This document shows, one piece after another, positions 53,163 to 64,000 of a DNA stretch of 64,000 nt. Under the pieces are notes generated by a model. The model saw only the letters and a list, made by a program, of their open reading frames with translations, was not told the origin of the DNA and ran no database searches. The DNA comes from Podarcis gaigeae (taxonomy: Eukaryota). The DNA is taken from the NCBI GenBank assembly GCA_964106915.2, contig OZ066914.1; one strand, written 5' to 3'. Positions within the stretch are counted from its first letter, which is position 1; every line of letters begins with the position of its first letter. The position numbers were made by a program, and so were the translations under genes.

Positions 53163-53220
53163 TTTTGGGGGGGGGGAAATAAAGGAAAAAATTTTTTCCT
53201 TTATTTCCCCCCCCCCAAAA
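53163..53220. repeat. Perfect 58-bp palindrome with no loop
   Basis: TTTT-G10-AAATAAAGG-A6 | T6-CCTTTATTT-C10-AAAA. Confidence 0.95.
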
Positions 53221-54436
53221 AAAAAAGTAGGTGCGTCATATGGGACGGAGCGTCCTAAAAATACGGTACTTACTATTTCATAATAAAGTAATTATAAAAT
53301 ACCGGTACTTTCTTTGTGTTTATTTGATGCCTATTAAAGAGAGTTACTTTATATATAGTCAATATAGGCACAGAGTTAATTTTTTAAACATTTTCTAATG
53401 GTGGTGTGCCTCGAGATTTTTTTCATGAAACAAGTGTGCCTTTGCCCAAAAAAGGTTGGGAAACACTGCCCTAGTTAAAGAAATCTTCAAGGCACAGAAA
53501 TATATTTTTAATTACTGGTATGCTTGTGGCCTCAACAACTGTGCATAACAAATAAAACATAGGGTGGCATGTTTACCTATTTAAGGTAATTATTTAAGTA
53601 ATGCTGACAAGTACCTTTCACTTGCTTGGAATGGAACATACAGAAGCCCACAATTGTGCCCACATGGTGTAAGGGTTTTCCTGCTTCAAGGATCTAAGAA
53701 AACAGCCACTTTTCCCATATATAGAAATCGCTTGCACTTGCATCTTATTTCTACTACAACCATTATCCATTTTGTAGCATGAATACCTTGAAGTCTTAAG
53801 CATTCCAGAAATCAGCCATGAAAGGCAACAGTAGGGTGGCAAATCTTGCTACAAAATCCATGTTCCACTGGACTCGATGTCCATAGGATGAAGAGGTGCC
53901 CAATTCTATTTCAAAATTACAGTATGAAGAAGTAGCTCATCCTCGCTCCACACATACAACTCCATCACGTGCCCCACTGTAAGAAACCTGAGCTACAAAC
54001 TCATCTCCTATCCTGCCCCTTTCTATCTATCCTAAAACCTAGACCTTGTGTAGCCGCTCCACCCATACAATTTTTAAACTAGATAATAGCAAAATAAACC
54101 TCCTCCCTTCTTCCAGAGCACCCACCCTTAATATTACAGAAGTTTAACATTAATTGAACCTCACTTACTTTGGGTATGCACTTTCAGTAGAGAGGATTCA
54201 CACCTTCAGTGCCTTTTGAACCACCCATTAATAAAGAACACTCTTAGATGGACAGTCAGATACTTAAAATGCTGTTTCAAAGCACACCCAATGAAATATG
54301 AATGGTGCTTAAGCCTCTGTAGGACACAGAGGCTGGGTGGATACAGGAAAATAGCACATTCAGGTTTCTGAACATCCTACACAGGATGGAAGACTGTAGG
54401 CACTTACTCAAGCGCTCCAAAAATAATGTTTAGCAT

Positions 54437-54914
54437 TGTTATTTATGACTTTGTGGGTGCCAGACCTTTCAAATCCCTGGATCTAACAAGTGCAAGAAGC
54501 CAGGCTAGCTTCCTGAACTCCGGGGTCCAGCAAGTGTTGAAATACAAGCCAGGTTAGCTTCCTGCTGAGGTAATCACCAGGGGTGACGGGCCATTAAGAG
54601 AACAAAGGAAAGGGGGCTTTGTGTCAGATGACAAATGGATGAGCTTCAATTCAAGGATAGAGGGCGGAAAGCCTGAGCTATGTGAGTTGAGTTATGTGAG
54701 CCAGAAGCTGGGAGAAAAGCTGCTAGCTGAAGAGGCCTCAGAGCAATGGTTGATTTCTATCTGAATCCAAGGCTGTAGCTATGGGAAAGGCAAGACACTT
54801 TTGGGGTGTTAATGTTTCTGCCGTGCCTCATTCCAAAAGGAAACACAAACCCTGGGTAAACTCCTGGAACCCCTGGAATCTTGCACTGCTCAGAGATAGG
54901 GGTGGCAAGCAACA
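54437..54914. mobile_element. Possible solo LTR
   Basis: TGTT...AACA termini with flanks GCAT/GTAT (one mismatch); ~480 bp and more GC-rich than flanks; family not identified. Confidence 0.35.
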
Positions 54915-55049
54915 GTATATTTCTGGCATTTATTCAGCTCAAGTGCAGCGTTTATTCAGCTCAGGCTCCTACTTACTTGGTAGCAGGCACCATTGAGGTC
55001 AATGGGATTTATCCTGAGTGGACATGCATAGGATTGCACTGGAAATATA

Positions 55050-55271
55050 GTCAAATGCTTCAGGCTGCGTGTTTTCAGGTTGCGCACAGCGCCGAACCCA
55101 GAAATACTGGAACAGGTTACCTCTGGGTTTTGGCGCTCGCGCTTTGCACATGCGCAGAAGTGCTGAATCACAACATGCGCGTGCGCAGACACGGCACTGC
55201 GGGTTGCGAACGCTGCGGGTTGCAAAGGTGCCTCCCGCATGGATCATGTTCACAACCCGAGCGTCCCACTG
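55050..55271. mobile_element. Degenerate Tc1/mariner-type MITE (one end recognisable)
   Basis: Ends acaacccgagcgtcccactg|ta; interior ttcaggttgcg / aacccagaaata motifs resemble the MITE family above; CpG-rich. Confidence 0.6.
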
Positions 55272-55453
55272 TAGTGCGTCCCCACTTAACTTGTAAAAAA
55301 AATTAACTCTTTGGCTTCTTGACAGATTTTTATAAGTTTAAGAATGGTATTTTATGAGCCGTCAAATATTTTGGAGTCCCTTCCCCCCCTCAGTCACAAT
55401 AGGAATTGTCAACTCTAGATGCAAGAAAGCAATGAGGGTGTTTATATTAAGAT

Positions 55454-55569
55454 GTTCTCGAAGCTACAAACATGAGCCTGACCAAACTGCGGGAGGCAGT
55501 GGAAGACAGAAGTGCCTGGCGTGCTCTGGTCCATGGGGTCACGAAGAGTCGGACACGACTAAACAACAA
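55454..55569 (+). mobile_element. RTE-BovB LINE 3' fragment
   Basis: Same 3' end and CAA tail; 10-bp TSD ATATTAAGAT (55444-55453 / 55570-55579). Confidence 0.88.
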
Positions 55570-55602
55570 ATATTAAGATTACTCTTGGGAAGAATAAGAG
55601 GA

Positions 55603-55607
<5 letters not shown>

Positions 55608-55660
<53 letters not shown>
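55608..55660. repeat. (AG)n microsatellite
   Basis: Direct reading. Confidence 0.95.
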
Positions 55661-55662
<2 letters not shown>

Positions 55663-56967
55663 CTTCAGATAGTTGATGGTTGGGTTGAAGAGAGTTTTGT
55701 ATCTTAATGTTAAAAAGTCAACTTCAAGATGCCAGCAAATCTGTAGGTGGACTTGTTCCCTCCCTCCAATTTCAGCTTGGATGTTGTTTCCAAAGTTCAG
55801 CGGCAAACCTAGCTTAGAGACCTAATTATACTCATTCCTGATATCAGCCACTGTTCTGGCTTATGTGCTTGTTCCCCTGCATACAGCTCTTATTGGCCAG
55901 AAAAAACAAAGCAATGTTCCTTTTTAAAAACTGGTCCCAGTCCTCACTGTACTTTGTCCCTAAATGACTCTCACAGACACACCTGTGGAGTCCAAGCTTT
56001 ATTCCTCTGTAATGAACTTCAGCAGAAAGTACTTGCAAGTAGCAGTTGGGTTAACAAAACCATGAAAGAGTCGCTGATGGCCCACCACTGTAAGGAGGAT
56101 ATTGTAGGGTAAAGCTGAAAGAGGGAGCTTCAGCAGCCAATCAAATCTATTTAATCAATAGTCACTGTTATATTTTATGCATATTCTGCAACTTTTTATC
56201 TCTATTCTTCCTAACACATCTGTTGTCCTATCCTCTTTGTGTGCAGACTGAGATCATGGCATTGGGAAGGGAGGGTATAACTCTCTTTAACAGATGGACT
56301 CACCCAGTCATTAATCAGGATTATCAAGATCTTCCTGCTAGTTATATGTAAATGAAGATTTTTAACCACTCTACCTGGACATCTTCAAAGGCTTAAGAGA
56401 ATGCTTTTCACTTCTTTGCTAGTAAGCACTAAACTACAATGATGGCAGAATACTGGATCTATGAATGATACTGGTTTAACCCTTTACCTCCAGCTACATT
56501 TTCTGCAAGTTACTTTTGCCCCACAAAGAAAAGCTTTACACACCTACAATACTATTCCAAACTAACAATTACAAGGTCTTATTTCAAAAGGCTGTGTTAA
56601 ATTCAATCTGCTTGCTAAAAGGATTTAGAGTGACACAAAACTGTATGTGTACAAGTTGTTAAGTTTTCAAAGCATACAATGCATGCAATAACCCACAAAT
56701 GCCTTATTATATGCGTTAATCAGTTAAGAAAATGAAGACTTAAATTATCAGTTGACAGTTATGTACCAACTTTAAATTTCAAAATGAGTTCATGATGTTT
56801 CAATATGATCAGATAGACAAACATACTGAAAGTGTGCTAGATGAATGCTGAAAGACAACTAGAAAAGCTCCTTTAAGTGTTATACCAGCACAGCCAAGCA
56901 ATAATCTGCAGGTTTAAGAAGTCTGAGAAGGGTTTATCTTCAATTAACAAAACCAAAGAATTTGCTT

Positions 56968-56971
<4 letters not shown>

Positions 56972-57011
<40 letters not shown>
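56972..57011. repeat. (CA)n microsatellite
   Basis: Direct reading. Confidence 0.95.
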
Positions 57012-57014
<3 letters not shown>

Positions 57015-58214
57015 ATATCTCTGCAGAATCAGGCTATTTCAACCTCTCGTTTCCAAGTTGACTTCAGTCCCATAATTCAGCTATTTCTCAGGCCAACTAT
57101 AAAGTTTCCTTCATGTTCTTTAGTACTCTGAAACTTAGTCATATATGTTCCTGAAGCTGCACAAAATTAGCATTATTTGTGAATAAAATCATTTAAGAGA
57201 AAGGAGCATATTCACAGGTATGTACAAAAACTAGCATCAGGGCTGGCCTGAGCTACTTCATTCAAGGCAGTTCCTACGCAGATAAAACAACAACGGCGCA
57301 GAAGTGTTAAGTGAACCCATTTTCACCATTATTTGTGAAAAATATGACAAAACTGACATGATAAAGACTTTTTTTGCATTTCCCCCTACACAGAGATTTA
57401 TTATTCAAGGCTGGATTGGTGCAATGCAGTCCCTTGAGCAGAAACTGCTGTTAAATATGCTGATAAATATGGCATATTCTGCTGCTAATCCTGCACACAA
57501 CGGAAAGGAACAACATCAAGTGACCTTGTCTTGTCATTGATATTTGTATCAGCATTCTGCCTCAGTCGGCAGAAGTAGGTTTTGTCTAGCCCTAACCGGT
57601 ACATTTTAACAGTGCTCTTTGTTAACATACCATTATTGAAAGAATGCAGCATGATCAGAAAATAAGGTAAGGCAAGCCCTGCTGGTTCAGACCCAAAGGC
57701 CCGCCTAGTCCAAAATCTCATCCTTACAGTGGTCAATCAAATGCCTATGGGAAGCCCACAAGCAGAACCCGAGTGCCATAGAGCTCTCACCACTTGAAAT
57801 CCCAGCAGATGGTACTCAGAATCATATGGTTCTGGTTGGGGGGGGGAGCCCTGGTTGTGGGAGGGAGGGCTCTCACTTGAGCTCTGCTTGGTCATGTTGC
57901 TGCTACTTACTGGGTGGTAGAGGAAGAAGGGTGAGATAGCAGCATGACTGGTACAGCACACAAATGCACCAGCAGAATAAATCCAGTACTCCACTGATCT
58001 CACTGCTGACTCTGCCCCCCCCCCCCCCACTTCCTGGCAAACAGGGTGTCAGGTGAGCGCTGCTGCTGCTGCTACCTCCCCTAAAATTATCTGCTTCTGT
58101 ATGAAGTAGTGGTTTATTTTGCCTGTTCTGAATCTTCCAACATTCAGCATCCAACAATCTATTCTGCCTATCCACTTTCTCCATACATGAACAATCCTAC
58201 ACACACACACCTTA

Positions 58215-58568
58215 AAGGTAAAGGTAAAGGTACCCCTGCCCGTACGGGCCAGTCTTGACAGACTCTGGGGTTGTGCGCCCATCTCACTTAAGAGGCCAGG
58301 GGCCAGCGCTGTCCGGAGACACTTCCGGGTCATGTGGCCAGCGTGACATCGCTGCTCTGGCGAGCCAGAGCCGCACACGGAAACGCCGTTTACCTTCCCG
58401 CTGGTAAGCGGTCCCTATTTATCTACTTGCACCCGGAGGTGCTTTCGAACTGCTAGGTTGGCAGGCGCTGGGACCGAGCAGCGGGAGCGCACCCCGCCGC
58501 AGGGATTCGAACCGCCGACCTGTCGATCGGCAAGTCCTAGGCGCTGAGGCTTTAACCCACAGCGCCAC
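58215..58568 (-). mobile_element. Sauria SINE, near full length, young
   Basis: (AAAGGT)n tail on + strand, ttcgaactgctaggttggcagg core, tRNA-like B box ggattcgaacc, CpGs retained; 11-bp TSD CACACACCTTA (58204-58214 / 58566-58576). Confidence 0.92.
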
Positions 58569-59194
58569 ACACCTTACTTTACCCTAAAAAGCCCCGAATG
58601 TTGCCACCTTTCTTCAGGGTGGTGATGTGATTTCAGTTCTCACAAATAGAAAGGATGGATAAAAAGACTACCAAACCAAAGTCCTAATGTGCATCTGAAG
58701 GACACTATGGCAGTAAAACTTGTTATGTTATTCATGTCCATTCATTCCAATGCAACACCATTCTCTCTGCTTAAGAATGGCAACACCGAAGTCGAGTGGG
58801 GAGATAAGGAACCAGGGGGCAGAAGATCAAGCAAACAGGCTGCTTAAATGAAGCTTTCAGCTTTACTCCATTAGATAAAGTGGTTGTAGATTAAGAGAAC
58901 AATTTTATTATAAACTGATTTACTCCAAGAGTTGAAAAGGCCATGCCCCATGTACCTGGCTTTAACTCTCTCATTTGTTTCTTACAGGAAACTTCGCTTT
59001 GATAAGATTACACTAGAAATGGTGTGGGAGGGGTGAGAGGTGTAGTCCTATTTGCCAGAACACACAACTATCTGATTGTGGTCTGAATCAGTACTTGCAG
59101 CAGAACGTCCCACCTGCTTCCATTGCATTCCATGAAACTTAACTGGTTATATATAGGAAGCGGGGAACCTCAGGTGTGGGGCCAGAATGTGGTG

Positions 59195-59463
59195 GCAGAT
59201 TGGTGGCTGCGGCAAGGGCTGCTGAGGATTGGCTGTGGCGGCGGCAATTGTGGTTGCTATGTACTTTCACTGTTGGCGCTTGAGTAGACGTTTGTAGCAG
59301 ACACGAGTGATCGTTAGCGAGCGGTGCAATTGATTGCAACTGTTGGGTTAGCGATTTACTGTATCCCCCCCCCCAAAAAAAGCTCAAAAACAACTTTGAG
59401 CCATTTTCCAAAATAGGGGGCATCTTATACAAGGGGGCGTCTTATACACGGAAAAGTATGGTA
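59195..59463. mobile_element. Tc1/mariner (pogo-like) terminal fragment
   Basis: Ends gggggcatcttatacaagggggcgtcttatacacggaaaagtatggta, resembling the ...gcgtcttat...aaaatacggta terminus also seen at 53227-53268. Confidence 0.5.
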
Positions 59464-59572
59464 TGTTCTCTAAATAGTAACTGAAACAATGTTGACATTT
59501 CAACACTAATCCCATCTGAGTCGACCCACTGAAATCGGTGCACTTCGATATGTTGATTTCAGTGGATCTGCG

Positions 59573-59718
59573 CAGTGGCGTAGCGTGGGTTGTCAGCACC
59601 CGGGGCAAGTCAAGTAATTTGCGCCCTCTAACCCGTGGATTTGCGCCCCCTAACCCTAACCCCCAGATGTTGTGCCCGGTGCGGCCGGCCCCCCCTGCAC
59701 CCCCACGCTACACCACTG
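59573..59718. mobile_element. hAT-type MITE, second copy of the 24050 family (146 bp)
   Basis: Same TIR (one mismatch); 8-bp TSD GATCTGCG (59565-59572 / 59719-59726). Confidence 0.92.
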
Positions 59719-62700
59719 GATCTGCGCAGAGTATGATTGAGTTGGATGCTACCCAATGTAGACCCTATGTTTCTTGTTATGATCCCAGCTGCATGCGCAC
59801 AGAGAGACTGCAGTGGAGCCCCAAAGAGCCTTCTTTTTCCTCCTCAAACTCAAGTGCATTCCCAGTTGCAGGCCTGGATTGAAAAGGAAGTGCTGGACAG
59901 GGAGGCAGGAAGTGTACCAGGAAGTGCATCCAGCATGCAAACTCCAGGCAAGGAGGAAGATAGGCCCCAATTTATTGATGCCTTCTCATGTACTTCCTTC
60001 ATGGTGAGAGATATGCATCCTGCAATTGCATAAGTTAAAGAGTTCTTAGAATTTTCAACTCAGTATTTGCCATGGATGGAACATTACTTCAGTAAAGTTA
60101 CTATTCAAAAACAAATGCAAGAAAGAAGACCTGTACGTCTGGGCTTTGCAATGAATGCCTATAGCTATGCTTTTAGAAATTTGAATAAGTATTGTTTATA
60201 ATTTGTTTCTTCATACAAGACACTTTTCCAGCGCAATTACCAAGTGACTCAGCCTGTAAGGGCAATAGGACACTTACATAGCCTCTCTCATCGAGAGAAC
60301 AATACTTTGCAACGTTAATTAGGGTTTAGCATCCCAGGCAAGCAAGCCTTGCAAGTCTTATTTTCATATATAAAAAAAACAGGAATCAGATCAAACAGGT
60401 TAAGAAGCTTGCCCCTAGTGAGCTGGTAGAAAACAAGAAGAGAGAAGAGAAAGACACCTTTTCCCTCCACTGTGTTATTTCTTACCACACCAATTCCTTA
60501 ATATATAAAACCCTGGAATAAATAGCCAACAAGTACTCATAATTGGAACAAGACGTTTTCTGCTCCCATGACTCTCTCTTAACTCTGACCTGAAGTGGCC
60601 ATCTCTAATGGTGAGAACGTCATTCAAATTCCACTCTCAAATTGCTTCTTGGCTGCGATTATTGGCCTGGATGCCAATTGTAAAGATAGTTTACGTACTT
60701 TGCTGCACTAGCATGCAATGCAAGTATTCCGTATGTGGCTCTTGAGCACACCGACAGCTATGGCCCATGTGTTTCTGCTGGTACAAAGCACCTAAACAGG
60801 GTGAAAGTTAGAACTTGAAACCATTTTATCAGTCACACACACACAGTGAATCCTGGGAATTGTAGTCTTGTACAATTGTAACCTAAATTAACTGGGTGGT
60901 GGATCAGACTGTTAGTTACCAATGGTAAATTTAAGTTGGAATCTAATCTTTAGATTCCAACCTACCTGTGTCACTCAGGAGAGATATCCAGGATCCTTTG
61001 TTTTGCATTTTTCAAAACAATCTCTGTTTAAATACACACAATACATATAACAACATAATAAAGAACACTTCAAACACTGGCACTCCAAAGCCAAGGTAGA
61101 TAGCAATGGGGTAGCATATCTAATTAAGCCCAACGTGAGAGAACAAATTGAAGAGCCAATGAATTCAGAGAGACCCATTCGCACTGAATTTCACAAGTCA
61201 GTGATAGCATCACATTCTTGCAAAATATTTACAAGCCTGATGTTGAGCAAGCATTGTGACAGATTAAGTACTGCTGCAGATTATTGAGCAAACCTTCCTG
61301 CCATCAGTGCCAAGAGGAAAGATTGGTACAAAATACCATCAAATATCATCATTCATTCAAACAAACAAACAAACAAAACAAAAAGGCCTCTCTTTAGAAT
61401 TATCTCCACTTTACTATGAATCTTTCAAGGAGCCATGGAAGGAGGTGGGTTTGCCTATTTAAAAAGTCACCTACTCAAGCAGCTGTTGTTAACCTTATTC
61501 AGTAGGGAAAAAAGGCTGTCAGCAGATCTTATTTAAGTAACTGGCAGGCATAAAGGAAATACCACCTGCTGCAGATTTTGTTAAGGATCTTAATCTGTGC
61601 TTTTTTCACAGTATATGGAATGAATAATATTGGTAGGTATGGTCTGATAGTATTAACATGACACAAAATACTAACAATATTTTTTAAATGATGCAGCACT
61701 AGAACAATCAAGGGTTGCCATATTTCAAAAAGTAAAAAGTAATTTTTAACACGATTTCTGCTCAGCCTTCCACTATCCACCAAAAGACTCATTCAAAGGT
61801 ATATTTGCAATGAAGATATCTACACAAACTCTGAAGTCAGGAGAACAGGAGTAGAGTCCAAAGTGCAAATTCTTAAGCAACTCAACCTGTGTGAGCTCCT
61901 GTAAGAAATTACCTGATCCACACTGCATAGATGAAGGTGCAGACCAGAACTTAACAATCCACCAACTTTTGTACTTACAGGAACATTGTGGTGGTTTATT
62001 GGCAACTTAACGATAAGGAAAATGCGAATTTAAATACACATTTTAAAATACTACTTTAAGAGGGGTTTTTTTAAGTACAGATTAATTGAGAAACAAACGA
62101 ATTGTGGGTAAAATGTGAATGCGACAGACCAGAAGATAGGTGAAAAAACAAAACAATATGTGGCTGGAGTATGTACACCTCTTAAAGGGGCAGAAAGCCA
62201 TCCACAAATCCCCACACTCGTAGTGCAGTGAAGACAAATCCAAGAGGAACTCAGATGGACTTGAAGAATCAATCTACACGCGCTCCCCGCCCCCAACTGC
62301 ATATGCACACACCTCCTTAAATAGACACACAATTTCACACTATGCAGGGCACACACATGGTCAAGTAGCATGCTGATAGGAAGACTAGCACACAAATGCA
62401 TCAACAAGTGCCATCAGAAATGCTGATCACATTCCTTTAAAGTTCAGTTTCTCGAAGCTTGCAAGCCACTATTCCATCTTCAATGTATTATTAATTGATG
62501 GTGATTATATGGAATTTGCAGCATGTATTAACACAAGCCATTCTCCTTGGAGCAGCAGAAGAGTTACACTGCCCATTCTCCTTGCAATGTTTTGCTTACA
62601 TTTTTATTATAGGGATGTCCCACTTCTGTGGCTTAGTATACTATTAAAGCTCTCCTTCTTCACCCATAACAGGGAACAGCATGCTTGCAACTGTCTGTAA

Positions 62701-63599
62701 ACAATCTCCCGACTTCCCGTCCACACCCAGCCGGCTTCTATCTACATTCCTCATCTACCGCACCTCATTTTTCCCTTTAGGTTCTAAAACCTCTCTTCGG
62801 ATGACCTGTCACTTTTAGGACACTAAGAAATGTGCCACTAACACTTCAGGACGTCTTCGGTCACATAAGGATTTAGGACTTGCATAACACAACTTAATTG
62901 CCACATGACCCCCAAGTTTAGCATTTTTTCATCCATGTATATGATTCACATAAACACACACACACCCTGCCAATCAAAAACACTTCCACCACCTGACACA
63001 GTGGCCTGCAGTCTTCCAAAACTTATGCCAAAACAGATCTGGTGGGTTGCAATGCTACACCCAGTTACCTGGGAGTAAGTACTACTGAGCTCAATAGGGT
63101 TTACCTCTGAGAAAACAATGCACACAGACTCTCCCAACCCACCCAAACCTCTAATACAAATATGAGGAACCATCGGTTTTGCGACACTGCCTGCTCTCTT
63201 TATACTCTAACCAGCCTCATCAGTAATTGAAAGGAAGAAAAACTCTACAATTAAATGCTCTGATCAACTTATAAAAATTTATCTTTTTAATATATATCGA
63301 AAAAGCTCGGGATCTCCCCCTAGTTTTAAAAGCAAGTCCAAGCAGCGCAGGCTATAGCAGAGCGTGTGTCTCGAAAGCCACCTGTTCTTAAGCCCCAAGA
63401 GCTGAATTGAAAAAGACCCTAAAAGGTGCCGGAGTGCAAAATAGTTCACATCTGAGTAACACAGCGAGAAAGAACGAACACCCACACAAGCAGGATTTTC
63501 GTTTATTTCCGCCTCTGCCAGGGATGTGGCTTTGGGGTTGCCTATTCCACGTCCTGTTTCTTCCTTTCTTTCAACGCGCCACATTTTTATCTGTTTGAC

Positions 63600-64000
63600 G
63601 AGCGGTTCTGTGTTTTCCCCCTCGCCCGCCCTTTCTTTTTAAAGAAACAAGTACTGTACGCCCAGATCCCATTCTCCCCAGCCGGAGGCTTCCCGGGGTT
63701 CCTCGAGGCAACGGCGTTGAGATCAGATCCGCACTCCGGGTGAATTATTTAGCGCTGCTCCCGGGCGCCTGAGTCCTGAACCAAACGCCACCTGCTCCGC
63801 CGCGGCCAAGGGCAGGCGAGATAGAATTGCCCAGGGAAGCCAGGGCTGAGCCGGCGGCTCCGGGCAGGGCGCAGCCGCGGGAACCGGGACGCCTCCGGTC
63901 GGGAAGCGCGCCCGGATCTCCTTACGCAAGAACCGAAGCGCCAAACGCGCGCGCGCCCTCCGGTGACTTACCGAGAGCCCCCGCTCAGCATGTTACCTCA
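63600..64000 (-). promoter_or_regulatory. MICAL2: CpG island at the MICAL2 promoter / first non-coding exon (truncated by the window edge)
   Basis: Sharp rise in GC and CpG density (e.g. cgcgcgcgcgcc); minus-strand consensus donor CG|gtaagt at 63971 and GAG|gtaaca at 63996. Confidence 0.75.

Larger units (their letters stand above)
51512..53468. mobile_element. Non-autonomous hAT (Charlie/Buster-type) DNA transposon, 1957 bp, young
   Basis: Perfect 15-bp TIRs CAGTGTTTCCCAACC / GGTTGGGAAACACTG; perfect 8-bp TSD CCCTAGTT (51504-51511, 53469-53476) with central TA; no transposase ORF. Confidence 0.93.
4906..64000 (-). other. MICAL2: MICAL2 gene body (5' portion: putative non-coding exon 1 through coding exon 13; continues beyond the left edge)
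   Basis: 13 exons splice in frame to a 665-aa sequence matching MICAL2 (MGEKDDEK...GGGPCG...GADG...[15 protein letters not shown]...CH domain...FPRKRIPK); CpG island and donor sites at the right edge. Confidence 0.93.

Noticed and set aside
52413-53283. Overlapping long ORFs on both strands (up to 253 aa)
   Set aside because: These reflect stop-codon scarcity in very GC-rich repeat DNA. They are low-complexity Ala/Gly/Pro/Arg with no DDE transposase, BED finger or other domain.

Overview
This is vertebrate genomic DNA, almost certainly from a squamate and probably a lacertid lizard (inferred from Sauria SINE, Squam3-like SINE and BovB content). The whole window lies inside the 5' two-thirds of MICAL2 on the minus strand. 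A CpG island with a probable non-coding first exon sits at the right edge (about 63.6-64 kb). A ~31.6 kb 5' intron follows, then 13 coding exons from 32255 down to 4906. All 13 have GT-AG boundaries and matching phases, and they join into 1995 nt / 665 codons: the FAD monooxygenase domain, the calponin-homology domain and the start of the basic linker. The remaining 3' exons lie outside the window. The introns carry many transposons: Sauria SINEs, BovB tails, an L2 remnant, Tc1/mariner-type and hAT-type MITEs, and OposCharlie1-like fragments. The most unusual object is a young 1957-bp non-autonomous hAT element (51512-53468) with perfect 15-bp TIRs and an 8-bp TSD. It carries nine near-identical, CpG-intact 109-bp units, each a 26-34 bp hairpin. 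The first unit is inverted (flip/flop loop, 57-bp arms). The element also holds a perfect 58-bp loopless palindrome and what looks like a captured Tc1/mariner end. Family names come from recalled consensus sequences, not from database searches.
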